A DNA stretch of 64,000 nt, taken from Lama glama. Taxonomy: Eukaryota. Of this stretch, positions 1-12,200 are shown in pieces (within the stretch, counting starts at the first letter, position 1; every line of letters begins with the position of its first letter). The DNA lies in assembly GCA_028534125.1 (NCBI GenBank), contig CM052819.1, positions 105,524,001 through 105,588,000 on the forward strand, given 5' to 3'. Below the pieces are notes generated by a model, which was not told the origin of the DNA, did not search any database, and was given only the letters and a program-made list of their open reading frames with translations. The translations under genes were made by a program, and so were the position numbers.

Positions 1-709
1 GGCTGCTTAGTGTTGACCTCTGTAGCCCCGCGCTTGTTGGCCCTGGAAGTTTCTTTGGTACTTTTTGGAAAGGCCAGGGGATCCGTATTGTCGCTGAAGC
101 TTTGGAAAGTGCTCATTAACTGTGTTAAACTTTGTTTTATCCTGAACATCTTGAGGGTGTAAATTGGGACAGGGAAGATCTTTTGGGTGGTATGTATTGC
201 TGTTTAAATTCTTCATGGTTCTCTGTAAATAAACCTGCTCAGTGCTATTTGTGGGTCTCGGGCGCAACCCCGGCTCATGTCTCGGTGGGTCCACACAGGC
301 TGCCCTGTGTCTCCTTGTGTGGGGCGTGGCACCGAGCCCAGAGTCCGTGGCTCCCTCCATAACTAGTTGTGCACCTGTGGACAAACTCTTCACCTTCTTT
401 TACACTGGGTGTTCCTGAGTCAGCGTGAAATAGTGAGTGGTGCCCTCACTTTCTTGTCTGGAGGCTCAGCTCCGAAAGCTCTCCGACTGACGTGTGATGC
501 TGGGCAGACGGCGTGCGGGCCCGCACCCTGAGCGCACTTCCCAGGTCGCGCCATGTGTCCTGCTTTCACGTTCTGTCCCGTACAGGGGACTGCGCACCTG
601 TGTCCGAGCGGGCTGTGAAGAGCGGAGGAGGGCGAGGCACGGAGGGCTGTGTCTGAGTCTGGCGCTTTTTATGACTCATAATGAAAGCTTCTGTTTGTTG
701 ATTTGCAAG

Positions 710-850
710 GAGGAAGAAGTCCCCACAAAAGGCAGAAGTCTATCTTCAGGGAGCGCTGAAGAATTACCTGGCTGAGGGCTGGGCCCTGCCTGTCACGCAC
801 ACGAGGAAGCAGCTAGCCGAATGTCAGAAACGCCTCGGACAAATTGAGAA
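710..850 (+). CDS. TRAPPC10: TRAPPC10 coding exon
   Basis: [46 protein letters not shown]; AAG acceptor 707-709; U12 donor GTATCCTTT at 851. Confidence 0.9.
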
Positions 851-3800
851 GTATCCTTTAAGTTGAACATGGTCGTGAAATGGGAAAGTCACTTTCCGTT
901 TGCGCAGCGGCAGCGCCCACGGCCGAGTGCTTGACAAGTACCTGATAGGATAGAAAAGCTGCTTGACGCACGGGCTCTGCTGGGTAGCAGGTGGCGCCCC
1001 GTCATTAGGTCTGACCTTGTAACCCAGAGCAGGGGCGCCCAGCGGGCTGCGCCGGGGCGGTGGGGGCTGCGCGCGGCTCCCGCAGCGTGGGGTCCTCTCA
1101 GGCCCCTTGACTGTCCACTCAGCTACCTGCAGACCAGCAGCCTCTTAGCCAGCGACTGTCACCTGACCGAGGAGGAGCGGGAGTCCTTCTGTAGGGAGAT
1201 ACTCAGCTTTGCCAGCCGGCAGACGGACAGCCCAGGTGAGGCGCAGGTTTACAACTGTTGTGTGAGAAATTTCACATTTTATGGAGAAGTAGAAGGAGTA
1301 ACGCAACGTGTATGTGACGTGTGCTGGCCACCTGAGCTCGGCAGCTGTTGACGTTCCGCTGTGTAGGGAACGGGCGTTGGGTATTCCTTCTTACTTTCTC
1401 CTTTTCGCTGGACTTCAGAGCCACTCCAGACCTCGTGTACCTCTTCACCCTGAGGCAGTTTAGCATCTTCTGAAAACAAGGGTGGTCCCCCAGCCACCCT
1501 GCCCAGGGAGCAGACAAGGTCTTGGCTTGGGCACCAGGCGGCCCCCCTTCCAGTCTCCCTCGTTGTCTCAAAACATGTTTTCATGCTTTGTTTTGTGTTA
1601 GAATGGCCGGCCTCTTCCCGCCGGACCGGGGTCACGCACTGCATGGATTACGTCTCAGCTCTCCTCTAACGCGGAGCACCTCTTCCCTGTCTCCTTTTCT
1701 CCCTTTTCTCAAGGCTCTGGCCTTTTTAAACATAACAGCTTTATTGAGAGGGAATTCACATTTCCTGTAATTCACCTGTTTGTAGGGCATAGTTCAGTGG
1801 CTCTGGTGTATCACAGAGATGTCTGGCCATCACCACAGTCGGTTTTAGAACATTTTTGTCACCCCGAAAGAAACCCCATACTTACATCCACCCAGCTGCC
1901 TTCTGCCCTCCCCCCACCCCCCAGTCCCTGGGAACTACCGGTCTACTTTCTGTCTCTGTAGATGTTGGTTCTGGACATTTCATGTAAGTGGAATCATACA
2001 GTTTGTGGGTTTTGTGCCTGGCTTCCTTCGTGCAGCAGTGTTTTCGGGATCCGCCTGCGTGGTGGCTTGTGTCAGTATTCCGTCCCTTCTCGTGACTATT
2101 CTGCTGTGTGGCTGGACCACACTGCTCCTTTCATCGGTGTGCGACATCTGGGCTGTAAGACGCCGACCTGTTAGAGACATCGAGCCAGTGTCTCCTAGGC
2201 TGTCCCAGCTTCTGAAGTTTGCTGAGTGTTTCCTTTTGGGGTGCCTGTCAGGAAGGCAGGTCTGAAGGGCAGAGCCCGGCCGGCCATCGCAGCAGACACA
2301 GATGCTGCTGCACAGCGGGCGAGGTTCATCGCAGTGCCGAGCCCCTCCTGTCTGCTTTATCAGGAGCGTTTGTTCAGAGCAGCTGCCGCCTCAGCTCCGG
2401 CCGCTGCGACCAAGCGCCACAGAGTGGGCGCTGGAAGAGCGGACGGCCCTCTCCTCACAGTTCTGGAGGCTGGCGTCTGAGGTCAGGGTGCCAGCAGGGC
2501 TGGCTCCTGGTGAGGCCTCTCTTCCTGGTTTGTCCTTCATAACAAGGAGTTGGGGAGTGGGGAGGGGATGGGAGGTGGGAGGAGAGGTGGAGAGACTTAG
2601 AGAGGGGGCTCTCTGCTGCCTCCTCGCAGGAGGGCAGGAGTCCCTCATGGCCTCCTCTAAACCTGACTGTCTCCCAGAGGCCCCACCTCCAAACTTAATA
2701 ACATGGGGGGGCACTTCAGTCCATAGCAGTTACTAACTGCTTGAAAGCCAGTGCTTCCAGAGGTGGTGGCTGTGGGTTGAGGATCAGAGACCACGGGGGT
2801 GCGCTTCATCATGTTGGGCCCCCTGGACGGCTTCTCAGGCAGCATGGTACTGACGAGTCTGTCATTTAGAGTCTGCTGTGCATAGACTGGCCATCGGGAG
2901 AGCTGTGTGCCACGTCAGCTGTGTGTGACGTGGGTGTGAGCTGGGGCAGGGGCACTCTTCTGCCTGCGGCCCGTGGCATCGCTGTGTGAATGCAGCATCC
3001 TGTGACCGTCCTGTGTCGGCTTGTGATGTCACAGTGTCCGTCTTGGCAGAGCACGCGGTTGACGTGCATTTAGCAAATACTCCCGGTCAGCCTGGGGGCC
3101 CGTGGGCTCCTAGACGCGCCAGCGCTCGCAGGAAGGACGGTGGAGGGTGCGGCCGGGCCTCCCCGACAGTGACCGTGGGCCAGCGGCTCGCTGCCCTCCC
3201 GGCTCCCCGCTCCAGCGGCTGCCTGGATGGGGTGGCGCACCCTGGGTTTATGTCCAGGTGTACAGGGAGATTCGGGCCTCTCCACTTGTGAATTTCTTTG
3301 TGTGGGTGGGAGTGTGGTGGGACTCCTTGGAACAGCTCTAGGAATCAGACTGTTTACAAATCTGGTTTTGAAACTGAGTTGTTAGTTGATCTGCTGTTGC
3401 TGGATCTGCTAAAAGAGAACTTAGAAACCTTAGTTTCTTCAGATTTTATGATTTTCAGGAGTTATGTAGGCATGTGTTTATGCTTTTGACAAAGTGACTC
3501 TTTCAGTGTGTGAAGATGGCATGGGGTTGGGAGGTGCTAAGCCATCTCTTGTGCACCATTGCATCCTGCTTCTCAAGTAGCGGGTACTCCGGCCGGCCCG
3601 GCAGTGACTGAGGCCCCGCTGTCTCTGTGGCATCTGGAAGTGTGACTTGGGAAGTAAAACATGGCCCTTTGTGTTCCCAGGTCACAAGATAGTACTGCCC
3701 CTGCATTCTTTCGCACACCTGAGAGACCTCCGCTTCACCCCACCCAACGCTGTGGTCCACGTGGGAGGCGTTCTGTCCGTGGAGATAACTGTGTGCAGTC

Positions 3801-6171
3801 AGATGCCTGTCCCCGTCCAGGTGGAGCAGATCGCCATCCATGTCCACTTCAGCATCGAGAAGAACAACTACCGGAAGACTGCCGAGTGGCTCACCAAGCA
3901 CAGGGCAGCCGGCGGACTGGTCAGCTTTCCCGCGGAGGCTGCGCCTTGCCCTGCACCGCAGAGCAGCCTGCCCGCGCTGGAGCTGTGTGAGATGTTTGAG
4001 AGAAGCCCTTCTGACAACTCCTTGAACACCACAGGGATTATATGCAAAAATGTTCACATGCTCCTGAGGAGGCAGGAGAGCGGGGCTGCTCTGGAAGCAT
4101 CCACGGGCGTGGCCCTGGAGGACGGGGCCCACGTGCTGAAGTGCACCAGTGTGACCCTAGAACCAGGGGCCAATACCATAACCTTCCAGACGCAGGTAGG
4201 CGCTGAGCCGGCCGTTGGTTTTAGAGATGGTCAGGAAGTGGGTGGCGCTCGCACAGTTGTCTGAAGGAGGGGAGGTCCTTCAGAGGCCTCCGTCCCCTAA
4301 CCAGGCTTTGATCTTCTGAAAGAAAAATAGATGGATGTCTTGAAAAATTTTTCATACTAAAATCATTTGAAGGCAGCAGATAAATTTTGAATGAAGTTCT
4401 TAACAGAGAATTATTTGTGTTCTCATTGGATTTAGTTAGACTTTTTCCCTTTTACCAAAATACACCCTCAGTTGTTAAAATGAGGAGGTTTTAAAGAAGA
4501 TAGCAGTTTCACGGTGAACCTCACTTTCCTTTTGTGGCTGTGTGGATGGCGCTGCAGTGGCTTCTGCCCCGCTCTGATGTGCTCTTTCTACAGTGCAGGT
4601 TGCTCTGTAAGCCCCAGTAACTGGAGAGGACTTGGCCGGCAGAAAGGGCAGCTATTTGCCCTGTGTGTTTTCAGTCGAGTCTTAAGTTTCATGCTGAGTG
4701 TCTCAGTTAAGGACCTTTTTCAGAAGAGAACGCCACAAATAAAGTTTACTAAATTTGAGTCAAATGTAAGCCTCAGTTACGCAGAAAACCACTGACTGAG
4801 AGATCCTGAGGGATCTGAGGAGCAGCCCGAGGGTGGACGTGGTAGCCCAGAGGCGGGAGAGGAGGGGGAGGAAGCCGTGCTCGCAGAGGCTGTGGCTCCG
4901 CCTTCCCTTAATTGAGCCAGGACTCACGGTCTTGCCCCCAGGCCAAGGAGCCCGGGACCTACACGCTGCGGCAGCTGTGCGCCTCGCTGGGCCCCGTGTG
5001 CTTCGTGCTCCCGCACATCCACCCCCCGGTGCAGTACGACGTGTACTCCCAGGAGCCGCAGCTGCGTGTGGAGCCGCTGGCCGGTGAGTGGGCCGCGCGG
5101 GCCGCGGGGGCGCTTTCCTGTCCGTGGGCCCCTCCACCCCGTTCCCAGGGAGCCCCGTGCGGCCGGGCTTCCTGCAGCGCCAGCCTTCCCGCCTTCCCAG
5201 AGCCGGCTTCTCTCTCAGGGGAATTTTGGGCAGCGACTGTGGCTCTTCTGTTCATCTGAATAATTGCTCTTCTGTAACTGCTACTTTCATGTTTAATAAA
5301 TATTCTGCATCTGAAAATAAGAAAAATAAAAGCTAGACATCGGCTGATGTCTACTGCAGAGAATTTAGTAAGTAAATACACTTTCATGCCTAGAGCTCCA
5401 TTTCAAAGGCAAAATGCTAGATTTAGTTATGGCCTGTACTCTGATCAGAAGTCTTCTTTCCAAGTGTTGATTACACTCGACCCCCGGCCCCCGGCACGGC
5501 GTTTGGGAAACTCAAAGCTGCTGTCCTTTTTGTTAAGTCCTGAAATTAGTAGAAATCGCTGTAAGCAGCTTAGTGGAGGCGGCGTGGCCCTTGGCTGAAA
5601 CACTAATGAGTGACTGGCTTGGTTGTTTTAGGCTGGAAACAATGTATTTATTTGCTTGTTTCTTCCATTTGGGGAAAGAAATGAAGGAAAGCTTTGTTTT
5701 TATTTAATCTCTCCAAACTCCCTATTTTTGTGCTTTTAAACTTCTCCATGGCTACCTAGAAGGCCCTCAGATGCTGAAGACAGCAGTCAGTCTCTCAAAT
5801 AATTTTCATCAGAGAATCTTCTGTGGGAAAGGCTAAGCTTCATGGCACTGAGGGCCTGGGAGATGTCGGCTCACACCTCGCCCAGCTCCAAGCCCTTCCT
5901 CCTTTCTCTCGTCTGCTGATTGCTTCCTGTGTCTTCCCCCTTGCTGTCTTCCTTCTGCTGTCCCTGGAGTGGATTCTCAGAAACCTCAGCCCACGCCTGC
6001 CCTCCGTTTCCGTCTAGGAGAAGGCGGTGGCCCTGCCAGCTGTTTCTGAACCAAAGATGCAGAAGGCCTGACCGCAGAAGGCCAGGAAAAATCTGAATGG
6101 CAGCAGCTCATTGTTTTATTAGTTTTTTCTTTAGTGTCATCATCTGATTCTCTCGTGCTCTCTTTTTTTTT

Positions 6172-6216
<45 letters not shown>

Positions 6217-9200
6217 ATTTTTTTTTTACTGATGTATCATCAACTTACAATGTTGTGTCAGTTTCTGGTGTACAGCATAATACTTCAGTCATGCATGAAC
6301 ACACATATATTCGTTTTCATATTCTTTGTCACCATAGGTGATTCTTTCTTAATAACTAACCAGCAGGTAAATTTTGAGACCCTCATATGCACAACTGCCA
6401 CCATGATCTCTAACTCACTAAACCAAGGTGGTGATAAGACCCGTCAGGCTCACAGATTCTCTCGTTCCAGCGCGGGCCCCTTCAGCCCTGCAGTCCTGGT
6501 AACTGAGGCGAGAAGTGAAGGTGGACGGATGGAGACTGAGCGATTCATGGAGTACTTAAAGTGAACACATCTTCTCTTTGAAGAGACAGAGTGCTCTCTG
6601 AACTTACAGTGGGCCTTCTGTTGGTCCTTCTGGTTGACAGTGATGCTCATTGCTGTCCTTTTCCCTTTAGATAGCCTTTTGGCTGGTATTCCTCAGAAGG
6701 TCAAGTTCACTGTCACTACTGGCCATTATACTGTAAAAAACGGGGACAGCCTCCAGCTGAGCAACATAGAAGCCATGCTCATCCTGTGTCACGCGGAGAA
6801 CAGAGCTGTGATCTATTCCAACACGAGAGGTGAGGCGGCAGCCACCTGGCAAAGGTGGACGCACCGTGAGGCTATAAGGAATGTCGTCCCTGCCGTCCAC
6901 CTGAGGACGGCTTCTCCTTGCCGCTGTCTCACTGCGGCGTCCCACCTGTAGGGGACTGCGGCCCTGCCCACCCATGGGGCGTTGCATTCGAGGGCAGAGA
7001 CGGAGAGCTGCGCACGTGCTCGGCTGGGGGCAGTGCTGGCCGTGCTGTGATCTCAGGAGGCTTGTGCTCCGTGGTGAGGCCCTGCTGGCCTCCAGCCTCC
7101 TTCCACACTCCCCAGCTCCCCTCGCCAGAAAGCAAAAGCAAATACGCTTTTTGAGATGCTGGTCGGGATCCCTGCGAAGTCCCACCTGCCCCAGGCCCCA
7201 GCCCTGAGGATGGGGGCTGGAGGGCGGGAAGGACGCAGCTCCCTCTCTGAGTCGGGCTTGGTCCGAGCTGGTCCTGCAGCAGGGCGGAGTGGGAGCGTCA
7301 CGGGGACACAGGCGGGTCAGGCCGGCCGTGTGTGAAAGGGGGACCCTTTCCTGTCTGCAGGCTGAGCACAGCAGCAGTCTGGGCCTCGACCAGACGGCTT
7401 CCAGGCAGCGCTGCTCTGCCGTGGGGGCTTCGCTCCCCTCCTCCCCACCGTGGCCCCGCCTAGACACCCCGGAGTTGGGCTGGCGGGTCGCTGCCGGGCC
7501 CATCGCCCGCCAGAGGAGAAAGGACAAGGAGACAGAGGAGTGTTCTGGGACTGACGTTTCTGTCTTTCCTAGAAAAGGCTTCTGACGCGGCGCTCCGGGT
7601 CCAGTCGTCTGACAAGGTCACGAGCATCAGTCTGCCGGCCGCCCCTGCCTACCACCTGATCGAGTTCGAACTGGACGTCCTCTCCTTACCTTCAGCTCCA
7701 GCAGCCGGAGGGGAGAGTGCTGTGCTGGGGACGACAGAGCCCCACTGGAAGCATCGGGACACACAGAAGGCCAGCCACAGCATGGCTACCACGGACCACA
7801 GAGTAAGGAGGGCTGAGCCGCGAGCCTGTGGCGGCGGCCTCTGCCCGTCTGTGTGTTCTGAAAGGCAGTGCGTCCGGATGGCTTCTGTGGAGGGGGCGGA
7901 TTTCCAGCTCCTGATTCCACCTGCTCTGGCTGGGTTCCGTGTTTACAGCTGTGGGTCAGCCCTTCTTAGATAAGGGGTACATCTTGCAAAGACACAGACG
8001 ACCAGTCTGTTAACTTTTCTGTCCCAGCTCCGGAGGAGGGACAGGGTGTTGTCAGAGATCAGCGTTTGCTGAGAGGGCAGTGAGTGTGTCTCCGCCGTCC
8101 TTCTGTCCTGGTGATTAGGCCAGAGGCAGTTCTGTGTCTTGGTGTGCTTCGCTTTCTGCTCACTGAGACATCACATCACATAAAGCAGAGAAGAAGTACT
8201 GTCGTTTTCTGCCTTGGTGCTGGTGTTTACGGACAGCTACTTGAGAGATCCACAACTTTGGCCCCAGGTCCTCAGTCAGTCTCTCATAGAACGTGTCACT
8301 AGCATCATGCTTGTCTTGTAACACAGATACCAGTTCTGAGGGCTTTTGAACAGCCCAAGGGCAGAAGTGCGTCCTTGGGGCTTGAGATGGTTGTTGAACT
8401 GGGGAGAAGAATGGATGAAAACAATGAGAACTTCAACAAAGAGATATGGAATATAAGAAGATAAACAAAATGTTGGGGAGGGCAGTAAAAATGTTGAGCT
8501 TCAGAATGAGATCAAAGTTAAGTTGTTATCGACTTAAAATAGACTGTTGCAGGTGTGAGTTGTTACACACAAGCCTAGTGGTGACCACAGGGCAGAAGCC
8601 TACGGTGAGTACCTGGAAGATGGAGGAGTAGAAGCACCACTGGCGGCAGGCAGTGAATCACAGAGGGTGCGCAGGAGGCAGAGGGGCAGGGAGGGGCTGG
8701 AAACGGTGAACAGGTACCAGAATGGCAGTGAGCGCACGCCTGTCAGCAGTCACTTAAATGTAACTGCACCCACAAAGACGGGCCGAGTGACTAAAATGAA
8801 AACCAAGGCCCACCTATAAGCCACTCACCTCAGCGGGCAGGGTGCAGCTCAGTGGTAGGGCGCGTGCTCAGGACACACAAGGTCCTGGGCTCAACCCTAG
8901 TACCTCCATTAAAGAACTGTGTAAACCCAATCCCCCCTCAAAAGCCCCACATAATTAGAGGAAGGCTCATCAAATACTGTTTTAAAAAAGGAGACTCATT
9001 TTAGATGTAAGGATACACAAACTAAAGGTGAAGGGATGGAAAAAGATACTCCATGTAAGTGGGAATGAAACAAGCTGGAGTAATTACACTTACATCAGCA
9101 GACAGACTTCAAGTCAAAGTGTAACAGACAAGGAAGGGAGTTATGCAGCGATCAAGGAGTCAGTTCAGTAAGAAAATACAACATTTTAAGACATTTATGC

Positions 9201-12200
9201 ATTCAGCATAGGAGCACCTAACATACAAAGCAGACACTAACATACCTCAGGGGAGACATACGTGCTGCTAAATTGGACAGCCCAGGAGAACTGGTTAGAT
9301 TCCTAGGAACAGCCTGCCAAGACTGAGCCACGATGAAGTGGGCGATCTGAACAGGCCAGTTACTGGTAAGGAGATTGAATCAGTAATCAAACCCCCCCCC
9401 CAAACCAAAGTCCAGGACCAGATGGCTTCCCTGGTGAATTCCACTGAACGTTCAGAGGAGTACCAGTCCTTCTCAGACTCTCCCAGAAAACAGGAGGGCC
9501 AGCGTTGCCCTGATACCAAAACCAGACAAGGACGCCACAGGAGGTTACAGGCCAATATCCCCGGTGAGCATAGATACAGAAATTCTCAACAGAACATCGG
9601 CAAGCCGAACTCAACAGTATGTGAAGAGGACGATACGCTGTGATCAGTGAGGTTTACTCCAGAGATGCAAGGGGGGTTCGACACCCACCAGGCAGTGTGC
9701 CGTACTGCATTAACAGACTGAGGGGTAAAACCAGACGCCCTGTCAATAGATGCAGAAAACGCATTCGACAGAGTCCAGCGTCCATTTATGGTAAATACTC
9801 AGCAAAGTCAGAAGAGAGGGAGCACGCCTCAACATCATAAAGGCCGTACGTGCTAAGCCCACAACCAGCACTGTGCTCAGCAGTGAAAAGCTGAAAGCTT
9901 TTCTAAGATCAGCAGCAAGATCAGGAACGAGACAGAAGGCCCACTCTTGCTGCTTGTTCAGCACAGTATTGGGAGTCTTAGAGCAATTATTCAAGAAAAA
10001 TAAGTCATCCAACTTGGAAAGGAAGAAGTAAGACTCAGTATTTGCAGATGACATGATATTATATGTAGAAAACTCTGAAGACTCCAACAAAAACTGTTGG
10101 AATTAATAAACAAATTCAATAAAGTTGCAGGATATAAAACTAGTATGCAAAAATCTGTTGCATTTCTTTACACTGATAATGAAGTGTGAGAGACATTAAG
10201 AAAACAATCTTATTTTCAATTGCATCAAAAGAAAAAAAACCTAGGAATGAATTTAACCAAGGAAGTGAAAGACTTGTGTGTTGAAACCTAAATGACATGA
10301 GTGAAAGAAATAGAAGGAGTCACAAATAAGTGGAATGATATTCCATGCTCCTGGACTGGAAGAATCAGTATTCCCAAATCATGTATCTGATAAGTGGCTA
10401 AAACACAAAACGTGTAAAGCACTCACACAACTGAATAGCAAAACAAAATGTAATCTGATTTAAAAATGGGCAGGAGATCTGAAGAGACATTTTTCCAAAG
10501 AGGACACACAGATGCTCAACATCACTGGTCATCAGGGAAACGCAATCGACACCACAGTGAGTTAGCACATCACCCCTGCCAGGATGGATACTATCAAAAA
10601 ACAACAAATGACAAGTGTTGACATGGATGTGGAGAAGAGGGGCCCTCATGCACTATTGTTGGGGATATAAACTGGTGCAGCCACTGTGGAAAACAGTATG
10701 GAGGTTCCTCAGAAAATTTGAAAAAAATAAGCTACCATACAATCCGGCAACTCCACTTCTGGGTATTTTTCTGAAGAAAACAAAAACACCAACTCAGAGA
10801 GATACCTGCACCCCCATGTTCATGCCAGCATTATTTACAGTAGCTGGGACATGGGAGCACCCTAAGTATTCACCGATGAAGGAATGAAGAAAGAGGATGT
10901 GGTGTGCACGCACACTGGAGTATTACTCAGCCATAAAGAAGAAGGGCGTCTTGTCATTTGCAACAACATGGATGGATGTAGAGGGCATTATGCTCAGTGA
11001 AGTAAGTCAGGCAGAGAAAGGCAAATACTATATGATCTCACTTATATGCGGAATCTAATAAATCAAAATAAAAACCAAGATACAGAGAAGAGATTGCTGG
11101 TTACCTGAGGTGTGGAGCAGGGACTGAGAGAGAACGGGTGAACTATCTTTTTTGTAATTTTTTTGTCTTTTAGTTTAAATAAACTGAATAATTTTAAAAA
11201 AAGGGAGGTATACAAAAGCAGTAGGATGAAAGGCCAAGAAAAGCAGTCGCTTCAGAGGATTATGATGTGGAACACCAGACACGCCAGCTCCTCAATAACA
11301 GCGTGCCCGTTGCCGTCCTGGAGCTCCCCTCCCCCCGACCGGCTGCAGGCTTTGGTGGGGAGAGGTGACAGGCCGGCGAGCGCACGGAGTCGGGGCTGGG
11401 CGAGCGACGGTTCTGTATTCTGCGTGTTCGTTTGTTCTGTGGGGGAAACAAGTTTGAGACCTGGTTTCTGCCATTAAGGAAGTTAATAGCATGGTCCACA
11501 CTGCATCCTTAAATTGATTGGTTTTCAGTGTCATGTGGGTTGAGAGTTTGACAGTTCATTTAATTTTGTAATAGTCATTGGTTAGTGTCATCTGCACATT
11601 AGCGAGTAAAAGCACTTTGTCACAACCTCCTGCACACTAAAGTCACACCTGGCGTCGCGGCCACCTGTGTGCGAGGACAGCGAGGCGGGGTCTGTGCTGC
11701 TGGTGGTGCTTCTGCTCCAGGGCTGCTGAGACGCTCTGTGTCCGGGGCTTTCTCCTTCGTGCAGGTGTGGACTGGGCTCTTCCTGGGGGAGAAGTGGTGA
11801 AGACGTTAGATGTCTAGGAAGTTGGCAGCTGCTGTAGACTTGGAGGGATGGAGGTGGTGGTGGTGGCTCTGCTGTGTGGTGAGTGGTCTGAATGTGTGTC
11901 CCTCTTTGTCCTCAGGTGTCCATCGATTGCCCGTGGTCCATCTACTCCACCGTCATCGCACTGACGTTCAGCATGCCCTTCCGGACCACGCACTCCCTGC
12001 TGTCGGCTGGTACACGGTAAGGACCCCAGGCCCGGCTCCTTTCCTGGGCTCTCCTGCATGGAGGCCCTCTTGTTCAGAGCTTGGCCTTGGTGACATTAAG
12101 CATATTTTCTTACAGCTGTGATGCCAGGGTCCATCTGTTAAAATTCACAGTAATTCCCTGGGTCCTACAATGCCCAGTTGATACGCGGGTCCCCCCAGCT

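Noticed and set aside
707-712. NAGNAG tandem acceptor AAG/GAG
   Set aside because: GAG acceptors are very rarely used, and the proximal site reproduces the expected MRKK sequence.
8835-8910. tRNA gene
   Set aside because: A/B-box-like head, but degenerate arms, an A-rich tail and target duplication indicate a SINE.
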